This document shows, one piece after another, positions 49,310 to 59,300 of a DNA stretch of 64,000 nucleotides. The position numbers were made by a program, and so were the translations under genes. How positions within the stretch are numbered: the stretch's first letter is position 1; the number at the start of each line of letters is the position of its first letter. The notes under the pieces were generated by a model. That model saw nothing but the letters and a program-made list of their open reading frames with translations. It had not been told where the DNA came from and did not search any database. The DNA comes from Lepidodermella squamata. Lineage: Eukaryota > Animalia > Gastrotricha. The DNA lies in the NCBI GenBank assembly GCA_047495785.1, contig JBLDXI010000074.1, positions 868,001-932,000 on the forward strand, written 5' to 3'.

Positions 49310-49326
49310 AATTGCGCCACAGAAGC
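49253..49326 (-). tRNA. tRNA-Asn(GTT), intact
   Basis: GCTTCTGTGGCGCAATTGGTTAGCGCGTTCGGCTGTTAACCGAAAGGTTGGTGGTTCGAGCCCACCCAGGAGCG folds as a cloverleaf and is followed by a T7 terminator. Confidence 0.96.
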
Positions 49327-49474
49327 TGCCTTAATGCTACGAGTTATTAAGGCATGACAAAAGAAAAACAGCAAGCATCGCACTAAAAAGCGTGTTTGGA
49401 TCTCATTTAAGTGTAAACCCGCGATAGCTCAGCTGGTAGAGCGGAGGACTGTAGATGAAATGCAGGTATCCTTA

Positions 49475-50919
49475 AGGTCTGCGCACATACTCGTATGAAA
49501 AAATGTGTATGTGATTTGTAATAAGTTTTTTGCCGGGGTCGTATGTGTTGGCAAAAAAAATCACATACAGACCCGTTCACAAACTGATTTCTTTTCTCCC
49601 TGTATGTGATTTTTTTTCTGGCCGAAGAGGCCGCTGAAAAAAATGACCAACTTCGATGGGGCTCGAACCCCGTCCGCCCGTTGAACAGGCCGGTATGATA
49701 GCAACTGTACTATGTTGCCATCATATTTATCTGTCGCTATAAAAAGGCTAATTATTGGTTGCTAATATCTATAAAAGCTATCCGCGTTTTCTGGGTCAAG
49801 TGCGGGCATGAATCATTAATCTTCGACTTGTTTGTTGACGCTTTCATCAATGCATTTTTTGCCTTAAAGCCTAATTCATAGGTCACACATTAAGCTTGAC
49901 GGCTTAGCCATGTCGATATAATTATCGATGTGTGCGAAGTCGTCAAGGGTTCGATTCGACGTGCCGCCATCCCTTTTTTCAGTGGCCTCTTCGGCCAGAA
50001 AAAAAATCACATACAAGGAGAAAAGAAATCAGTTTGTGAACGGGGGCTGTATAGGTCTCCGCACAAACTCTGCATGAAATAAGTAGACAAGTTTTGCGTT
50101 AAGTTTTTTGCCTCGCTCGCATGTTTTAAGAAAAACATATCACATACGACCGATTCACAAACTCTGAATGCGTAAGCGTTATGTATTTTTGCAACGAGGT
50201 ATTTTTACATATCGCTTAAAAAAGTCGTGTGGTGAGCGGGGTTCGAACCCGAGCCTCCCATCGTCGAGGCCAGTCAATAACCAACCTCGCCACAACGACT
50301 TACGCAAACAGTGAGATAATTTCTCCGGTTTTAATCGTGCCACCATCACAACTCTGCGAACATTGAAGTTGAAAATATTAATTATTATGACTAATTGAAT
50401 AATTATCAAAAACTCGATGGAAATTCAGGAAAAAATCATAAAAATTCAGAAGAATTTTTTTTAATTCCCTGTACCTTTTGGGGTCATTTGGGATAAATAA
50501 ATAAGAAATTTTAAGTGCTCTATAAATAATTACCAATTATATTAATTAATAATTGTATCACGATGCGTGATCCGTCAAGTACTGATTACTACAACTCGAA
50601 ATCATGCGTCTTGTTAGTGTAATCGGTGTTATGCCGATCTCACAAACAAGTCACCCGGGTTCGATCCCCGGTCAAAGCAAGCCTTTTTTAGGTGACAACG
50701 CCGTTCAGCAAAAACATAACGCATACGCATGCAGAGTTTGTGAATAGGGTCCGTATGTGGTCGTATGTTTTTCGTCGTATGCGTAAGTAATTGGCCGTAT
50801 GCGTAAGCAAAAAAAAAGATACGGAGTTTGTGCGGAGACCTTATGCTTTTTGCTGTATGTGTATGTGTTTGCTCGCATACGCATGAGAAAAAAAAAGAAA
50901 CGAGTTTGTGGGAAGGCCT
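49475..50919. mobile_element. Non-autonomous DNA transposon with 3-bp TSD (TTA), PIF/Harbinger-like, inserted in tRNA-Tyr
   Basis: TIRs AGGTCTGCGCACATACTCG / CGAGTTTGTGGGAAGGCCT (15/19 match); TTA duplicated at 49472-49474 and 50920-50922; long internal inverted arms. Confidence 0.88.
50053..50841. mobile_element. Related element nested in 49475-50919 (TSD TAT)
   Basis: Perfect 18-bp TIR AGGTCTCCGCACAAACTC / GAGTTTGTGCGGAGACCT; TAT at 50050-50052 and 50842-50844. Confidence 0.92.
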
Positions 50920-51063
50920 TTAGGTCGGTGGTTCAAGTCCGCCTCGCGGGAATATTTTTTCAGCAACCACCAATCTTGTAACCGTGATTATTTTTATTTC
51001 AGAATAAATATGTAAAATACCAACAACAAATGTGAGTATAATTTTGGCCGAGGGTAAATAGTC

Positions 51064-51824
51064 TTAGGCGAATAGGTATTTTCGACACAGCACCTCGTAT
51101 TGCTTGATGGGAATTTCCTTTCCACCATAAGGCATGTACATACAGCCGTGAGACGGGTGAACCTGAAATACATGAAATACGTTACTTCAGCCGAATGCCG
51201 AATAGATTTTCAAAATTTCGATAAAAAGAAGCATTTTAGGCTAGAGTCAGGAAGATGAAGAGCCCCTTCACAATGTTTGCTAAGTTTGAGCGTCCGCCCC
51301 ACTGAATTATCCTCAAGTATTGGCAGTATATCTCACCTTGCCTCCGTGCAATCCGCAAGGCTCATCCGGCGGTGATGCTCTCCCAATGTACAGCGGTTCG
51401 TTGGTACTCAGAGTTCGACCAGCTTCAACAGCTCCTTTCATTACGAATTCTCATAACCTGAATCATTCGCTGGTCAGTATGTTACCTATTGGTACCATGC
51501 CATCGCAAGCCCGGACCCATTCGAGATGGCAGTTGCCAGCGTTTACCAAAACTTCGTAATTTTTCTCGCCTCGCTCCTTCAAGCCACAACCGACATAGCA
51601 GCAGCCATGTGAGGGCACAACTTTACCCGGGCACAGATCTCCACACATTTTCGCCCGCCCGACAAACATGACTTCGCCGTTCTGCTGGCTACGGCCGATT
51701 TCGACCGCGTTTGGCGGGATCAGACCGTTGTAGGCCGGTCTCCAGCAGGGTTCGTCTTGTCTAAATAAAAATAAATGAGACTATCTGTTGAATTGCAAAA
51801 TGCATCAGCGAACCTTCTTGCCAT
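51064..51824 (-). CDS. DM9-repeat protein, copy 9 (4 exons)
   Basis: MARR|QDEPCWRPAYNGLIPPNAVEIG..FVGRA..PGKVVPSH..YEVLV..LEWV..|..GGK|VHPSHGCMYMPYGGKE..YEVLCRKYLFA*. Confidence 0.9.
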
Positions 51825-52296
51825 GTTTGGAAATTAAACTTTTGAAGTCGAAATGAATTGACTGCTCGCTGTCTTTAACAAGATTTTTATACTCCGCTCG
51901 AGTGAATAATCTCTCATTAGTGAAAAGATCGGCACCTCATCGGTATGCCACGTATGAATTTCCATTGTTTACCTAGCGGGTGGTTTAGCCGACTATAGGC
52001 GAAGGGTAAGGACGATGTGATTCACTGAGTTGAATAATTCGTGTGTAGTTTCTCTGCCTAACACACTATAGTTTCATAATAGCCGCGGTTTTAAATGATT
52101 CACTAAGAGCTAACATTTTGGTGGTAGATTTCAATTATTATTATATGAAACGAGAAGGGATGCACATTCTCGGAATCCACGGCAATTTATTGTTCATATT
52201 TGTCTTTATAGTTGAATATATTTCAAGAAACGAAGATGAAATAGGAACATCCTTCTTTATTTCGAAAATCAATTAGGCACTGGTAACGGGTAACGG

Positions 52297-53811
52297 CTAT
52301 CCAAAAACACTTGGTTTGGTGAAACATTCGTCGGGTGTTATGAAGCAGGGAGGGGATCGTTTGCAGCAAGTAAAGCTGATTTTTAGCTCACCACTTTCCT
52401 GTTCTCTGATCAAGCCATAGACAGTAGAGATCAAAATCCAAAATCCAGACGAGGCCCGGGTTAACCCGGGTTTGACCGCGGTTAACCGAATTAACCGTTA
52501 TATATTTGAAAATTCTGAAAAATCGATCAAAATCGAAAATCGATTATCGATATTCGGCTGCACTCCGGCTTCATTCGGTATACAGGATGAAAAAATGGAT
52601 TGAAAATTCGGAATCAGCATAAATAATTACCCTAGAACCGACTTGCAACATTTCAGAGAGCGAATGGTAGGGAATATAAATCATGGTATCTTGTTTTACT
52701 TTCGTTTTTCACTTCCGGTATCCTTTCCAATTTCTTTAAAACCTAATTTTGAAAACCAAGATGAAAGCGGCTTCTTTTCCTTAGAAATCTCCCATAAAAC
52801 CCCCGTGGGGGTAAAACTTTGACGCAGATCACGCTCGTGAAAGCAGAATTTCAATATCACACACCGTGTTCGAGATAGTAATTAGGTTTATTGCCATAAT
52901 TGCTGTAATAAAATAATAAAATTTTCAGTGGTAAATATTTTTTTAAATAACAATATCTAGGGTAGAGTTTTGCGCTGATTTCAAATCTGAACTCAGAATT
53001 GATCTAAATGTCAAGGGCTATTTTCTATGATTCATTTTCTAAATCAGAATATTAGTTGATTTTTTCGGAAAAAAATAAGTTATTTCCATTTTTTAAGTGA
53101 TTTCCTTGAAGAACAATAACTAAATTCTTTCTGTCATAATGCTACTCATCCATTAATAACAATTACAATAATTTACATTGAGTATAGTTATGAATGCGCA
53201 CGATGATGACCCCAGAAGCCAGAAGATTCAGTAATTCAAATATATAAAGCATAATTCCCGGTTTTTTCGGTTAACCGCCGGGTTCGACCACGACGGCCCG
53301 GCCCGCCGCGGGTTTAACCGGCCCGGTGGTTAACCGCGGGCCTCCGGTTAAATTTTTAACCGCGGCATCTCTAATAGACAGGTCGCCGACACACGAAGCT
53401 GCCTGCGCCTCCGGACCTTGACCGGCAGCATACTCGTTTCGACTCAGCGCAATCCGCATGGCTTCGGCAAAGTCTTTGCTTCTTGCTAAAATCACGACCT
53501 GTCTCAGTAGCTGCGTCCTGTTCTCCTTCATCGTCGGTAGCCGGCAGTGTGACTATGGCCTCGTCGCCACACATAGGACCGCCAGCCATCGACATTGAAT
53601 CTTCGTCTTCATCTCCATCCTCTGCCCTGCCGACGCCACTTTTGAGATTTGGCAGAGCAAATTCGATCCACAAGGCATCCTGAAGACTGCGCTCAGCGTC
53701 AAGGTCAGCTCGCTCGTCAGCCGTCTGCGAATCTTCGTTGGTTATCAATCCTGCGGCTGAGTTTGCGAATACGATTGAAGCAGCTAGCAGTAGCAATAGT
53801 TTGGTCAACAT
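52297..53811 (-). pseudogene. Paralog of the 6178-6714 Cys-rich precursor, interrupted by a hAT insertion
   Basis: The ORF stops at CRRPVY* on the element's terminal TAG. Beyond the insertion the frame resumes GLIREQESGELKISFTCCKRSPPCFITPDECFTKPSVFG*. Confidence 0.88.
52425..53373. mobile_element. hAT-type non-autonomous element, 949 bp
   Basis: TAGAGAT...ATCTCTA termini; 8-bp TSD ATAGACAG at 52417-52424 and 53374-53381; subterminal GGTTAAC(C) repeats. Confidence 0.9.
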
Positions 53812-54599
53812 TTTGCTTCACACAAATTGACTGTATTAGGTTTTCAGGAATATTCTTTTACAAGTTCGAAACACAGGGTAACACGTGTAAATACAAATAC
53901 GTTATGTTGCAATCCGTGACAGCTCAAAGATGACCACCTGATTCATTGACTGATTGAAGGCAGCTGTAACCGCATGCACGCATGCCAGTGGCTCAACATT
54001 ATCATCTTCTTCGAGTTCATTTAGATTACCAGTGCTCTATTTTCGTAATCTTATGCTATATCAAGCCATTTTTCATTGGAGAAAACAGTCGGATGGTTAA
54101 CTTGAGGTGATCGTAATTGCTGCAGCTTCTTCGGAATACTACAGCCGATAGCTAGTTTTTAAAATGTGAAAGTTGGCGATAAAATAATTATAAATTAAGA
54201 AAATCAATAATTTCCTGGTTTTCAACATAATTTTTGCTTGTGTCCCGTTTGGCATTTCGTTAGAGCAGCAGTGCTGAATATCTTTCTGAAAGCTGAATAT
54301 TTCACTCCGCAACCACTCACGTTCTACCTTAATATAATTACAATATGAATGTGCACAAGTATCAGCCAAGCTGTTGTAGGCCGAAATGATTATACATCTC
54401 CGGTGTAAATGTCCGACGATTAAAGTGAAGCCAGATTTTTAGTTGAGCCTTGCTTCATTCCATGATGCACAGGTGTGAAAGAAATTCTGGATTTTTATGA
54501 CTTGGAGCGTGGGTGGGAAAGGATGCGGATCAGCGTTTTGGAGAAGCTACATTCATCATTCGCTGAAAAACTACTCCGTGTATTAACAAGTATTATTTC

Positions 54600-55284
54600 A
54601 TGGCGGCTGTTTATTATCCGAGCAGTTCGTTTGGCGAGCAGAATCCTAATGTAACTAATTCGAATTCTACTTCATCGGCTCCTTCAGTTGTTGTAATCAA
54701 CACCCAGCCTAATGCTGCAAATATTCAACAGGTAAATTGGAATAATTGGAATTGGAAAAATAGTAAACACGCCAGTAAATTTCAAATGTATTCCTAATCT
54801 CTAATTTGAATGAAAAATTCCGAATATAATCTGAATTTACTAATTGAATGCAGACGCTATCTTGATTTGCTGCAAACTTTTTAAATTAAATGAATTTTTT
54901 CCATGGATTTAGCCGCATTTTGTGCGCCAATCGCCTGAGCACTACTACGTCAGCCTGTGTAGCATTTGTCACAGCCCGAGCAATCTTCTGCTTCACTGTC
55001 TGTTCCCGTTCTGTTCGCTGTCCAAGATGACCAGTCGCCTGAATGAAAACTGCTGCTACCCGTACTTTTGGGGCTGCCTGCCGCTGAGTGTTCGATTCCG
55101 CACGCTGACTGGAATTCGCCAATCTATGTGCGACGAAGCGTTCACGTTCTTTCTGTGCCCATGGTAAGTGGCGTTTTCAGTTACTTATTGTCTACAATGT
55201 CTCTGAATTTTCACGTATAGTTGCGCTCAATTACGGCTGATCAACGAAATGGAGGAGCGCGATTTTCAAATGCATCGGGCTTGA
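54600..55284 (+). CDS. PLAC8/cornifelin family protein, copy 2 (3 exons)
   Basis: ..VVVINTQP..|..SLCSICH..CLFPFC..LNENCC..FRTLTGIRQSMCDE..LCP|CCAQLRLINEMEER..A*. Confidence 0.85.
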
Positions 55285-56365
55285 TTCGAATGAAAAAGAG
55301 AAGAAAAAACTTGAAAAATCTCTTCCAATGATCATCATTCATTTTCGCTCTGCTTATAGTGATTAAATGCAGCGAAACCTCTAACATTTTAAAAGATCTT
55401 AATTTGTGAATAGCAGTGATAGCATTGTAGCACCGCACCATGAGTTCAGCAGTAGCAGAACTATTATTTGCACTGGCAACTGCGAGCTCAGTACCACTAA
55501 TGTAATTATCAGTAATTGTTGATTAAATGCCGCGTGCATCTTCCGACTTCCGACCTTGATTGGCGCTAACAAACGACGGATCAGACACAGAATATTGGAA
55601 AATCGTTCATCCATAATAGGAGACACAAAATAAACTCAGATAAATATTACAACTACTAAGCTATACACAAAGTGCAATGTATAGGTATCAATCGCGGTTA
55701 CATATTTACTTAATGTCTCGCTCAAAATTGGTGACATTGACAGCGAAAGCGGGGGACACAACTTAATATCCGCTTGGCCTTGTTTTGCGCGCGCGCGCAA
55801 GTCAATTAAATGAGAGCGCGGGCGAGCGCGCGCGCATATATAGAGATTTTATGTACAGCCAGCACTCAATCAATTTGAGCACATCATATCGCACCCTTAA
55901 TATACCATTGCGACGGATCTTGTTAAATGAGCCAAAGTTAAGTGCTCTTCGATTTCACGCGCCGGTCATTTAATCCAATTTGCTGCCAAGTGGCTTGTTC
56001 GCGTTTTACTGTAATAACTAGAATATCCTGGCTTAAGAACTGTTGTAAATAAACAGATCAGTCATTTTTTGGCACATCGTTGTTAGTTTTGCTTCAGTAT
56101 TTTTGAGAAAAATTCAAGCTGTCTCATGAGAAAGTAATTTTCGATAAATTATATAAACGAGATCAAGAGTACAAGTAACGATTCCATTCCATAATATAAA
56201 AATGACAATCATCCTAATTCTCGACTGGGTTTTGCTTCATTTTTAACAACTTTGCACCAAAGTTTGGTTAAATATTTGAATACGCTAACGAGTGAACGAC
56301 CCGATATGCTTAAACTCAAATCTTCCACTTCCCAACTTCAATAACGAGTTTCAATTATTTTTAGC

Positions 56366-59300
56366 ATGATTGTTCTCATTTCACTTATTTTGTCAATTTC
56401 GGTGAGTTTTCAAGTCAATGGCATTCTGGACGAGGACTACCCCTTACCTGGATTTCCTCATCAACATTTCGCTAATCCGGGCATGAGCGTGAATATTTCT
56501 GCATCGATACCTCAAGCTCCACTGGTATTCACTCTCGGTATTGTGCTCACTAATCCGCAAATGACTGAGGCGTCGATTCGACAAGTTTTGAGTGCTGTGG
56601 AACAGAGGGAGACGAGTATTGTCCCCCTCGTAGCGCCTTACTTCACCCCGCATGGATCGCCAATTCTGCCACAAAGAGCTACTCACATTAATTACCGCCT
56701 TCAAGTAAATTTCCAAAACCGAATTCTAAAATTATTCGCGGCATTTTCTGCCTGTGATCTCCGTTGTATTCTGGAGTTATCTTTTTACATTTTATTCAAT
56801 TTCAGGTAAATCCCGTCAATACTCATAACATGGGGCTGAATCGGCTTCTTAAGACCCTCTTCTGCTCCAAGGCCTCTCAAGGCACAAATGCTTTATTCAT
56901 CCTGGTCGATAAATCGTCAACGCGCCATAACCAAGGCGCCCAACTCACGAATATGCTGGCAACGTTGGCTCAAAACATTGGACTGCCTATGATAGCGTGG
57001 TCCTCGTCTGCGTCAGGCTTGAGGGGTCTTCAAACATCGCCATCGGAAGAGCAAGATAGTAATATGGATACTTTACTACTAGCCCCAGCTATAAGAAGCC
57101 AAGCTAGAGCAATTTACTCGTTCTTGAAGCAATACCATGGAGACAGAAAGGTAAACATTGGAACTCTTCCCTTCTTATTTTTAGTTATTAAAATCTCCTT
57201 CAGGTAACTGTTATTGCCTCAGTTCGTACTCCGGGCTATGAAACCTTCGTCAATGAAATTCGAGCTACTTCAGATATCGAAGACAAACGGGAATCGATTT
57301 TCGAGTTCGACGCGCATCAGTATCACATGTCTTCGAGGATCATCCAAATCTTGCTACTCGATGACGCGTTTGCTGAAAATATGAACCGAGAACTGGGTTC
57401 GATCCGAGACCATACTGAAACTAGAGCCTTCGTTGTCTTCGCTAATCAAGCAGATAGCGATAAAATTTTCGAGGAGGCTCATCATTTAGGTATATTAATC
57501 CCGGAATGGTTTCGTAAAATTGATTTTTTTCCTCAATATAATTTTAGGCATGACTTCGGCAGACTGGCTTTGGGTTCTCGGGAAACCGTCCCTGGGTGAT
57601 CAGGGTGAGCACTCGGTTATTCCTCTGAATTACGTCCCAGGGCTAGTCGCTGTGACTTACAATACCTCTTTGAGTGCTCAAATTGTTGCCCTGCGCAGTG
57701 CAGTTCAAATCTGGTCTGAAGGCTTTCAAAAATTTGCTCATCTAGCTAGGGCTACCAGCTTACAATCTTCGCCTCCCAAAGCCGTGAAATTAGCACCTGT
57801 AATTTCGTGCAATAATTCTGCTCAGGTAAGAAGAAATATTTCCTGGCACCTCCGGTATTGCATGTCCTTTTTAGGTGAAATGGCAAAATGGCCACTTATT
57901 CTACCGAGTTCTGAAGCATCGCCTAGCCAAGCTGATGAATAGCAGCCAATCGTCGGCAATTCAAGGCCTGAGTGATATCATCTTCTTAGATTTGCAGTTC
58001 AACCGCAGCTGGAAGAAAATCGGAGGTTGGTCATCGACCACTAACATGGCCAATATTGACGATTCGCGGTGGCTGCAAAGCTTCGAACAGCGGCAAAGAT
58101 ACGCTATGTCTCGTAAGTTTTGCTAGAGCTCAATTTCGCGTCTGTGAATAGCATTTCATGAGAAATTCGGTTGTAACCAATTTTTTCTAACAATAGCGTG
58201 GGGAACACCTACAGGTGAGTTGCATGAGGATTTTATAGAAGGGTAGAATTTTTGTTAACGGAATGCACCATCTGAATGGGTGTTTATAGCGAGAATTTGA
58301 TGTTTCTGTTTAGAATGCAATCCATAATCCATGACATCATTCATTTATTCAAGTTTTAATTTCAATCAGGTAAGAACAATGTTGTGAGAATAGCGACGCT
58401 AGAAGAGCCGCCCTATGTGCTCTATGAATTCCCCGACTCGAAAACAGGGGCCTGTGATCGAAAGGCGATCCCCTGTCGTTTGTCGCCCCTTGCATTCGTG
58501 AAAATGCCTGAAACTAAAGACGACGCCCATATGCATGTGCACATATCGACAGCGGCTGAAGACTCGATTCACAATCACCATCGTAACGGTTCAATGATGT
58601 GTTGCGCTGGATTTTCGATGGATCTACTCAAGCGATTATCTCATGACATTGGGTTCAATTTCGAGCTGTTCGAAGTTCGTGACCGAAAATGGGGTGCTTA
58701 CGATCAGGTGACAGGTGGCTGGAATGGCTTGGTTCAGGTATGTTGGACTTTAATCAGTTTATACGAAAAACCCCGTTTAAATAGCACCAAGATCATTTTA
58801 GAACCAGAAGAACCAAATTATAGAAAATTGTCCTTCTTTTATTTACTGACCGATCTCGATGTAAAAAAAAGCTTAATTAAAAACGTTCTCTGTTTGGGAA
58901 AGTTCTGGCGACCTCTTCATAGCTTGGTGGAGGTTCGTCCATACTTTCATTTATTGTTGCATTCTGCTGCGGCTGCTGTGAAATGGAAGCGCTAATAGAC
59001 TGCATAGCCACAATAGGACTTTCACATGCTGCCACTCTGTTAGCTGAAACCTGCCTCTGAATTCGCTGGTTTCTCATGATATTCCTGGCGTGAACTGCTT
59101 CAAAATAGGCGATTCTCTCGGCTTGTAATTGCGCTAGCCGAGCTTTGAGGGAAGCAGTTCTAGCCAGTGTTCGATTTTGTTTGCTGTTACTACTTGCTGC
59201 CGAGTCAGATGACCGCATTTCTTGACTAGGCGCGACTCGATAGTAGGCTTCTCCTTTTGATTTGCAATCGCCGTTCAAGCACTTGATAAGTAGCACCATA

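Larger units (their letters stand above)
49418..50951 (+). tRNA. Intron-containing tRNA-Tyr(GTA) gene split by a 1.45-kb insertion (halves 49418-49474 and 50923-50951)
   Basis: CCCGCGATAGCTCAGCTGGTAGAGCGGAGGACTGTAG-[13-nt intron]-ATCCTTA // GGTCGGTGGTTCAAGTCCGCCTCGCGGGA then a T-run; the acceptor stem pairs perfectly across the insertion. Confidence 0.93.

Noticed and set aside
49645-50679. Four additional functional tRNA genes
   Set aside because: Acceptor and anticodon stems pair poorly and all lie inside transposons; treated as tRNA-derived units.
49475-50919. Giant tRNA intron or Dada-type insertion
   Set aside because: The canonical intron is already present at 49455-49467; the insert has TIRs and a 3-bp TSD, unlike TIR-less Dada elements.
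55399-55626. Hydrophobic 75-aa ORF
   Set aside because: No paralog or motif support; compatible with chance in AT-rich DNA.
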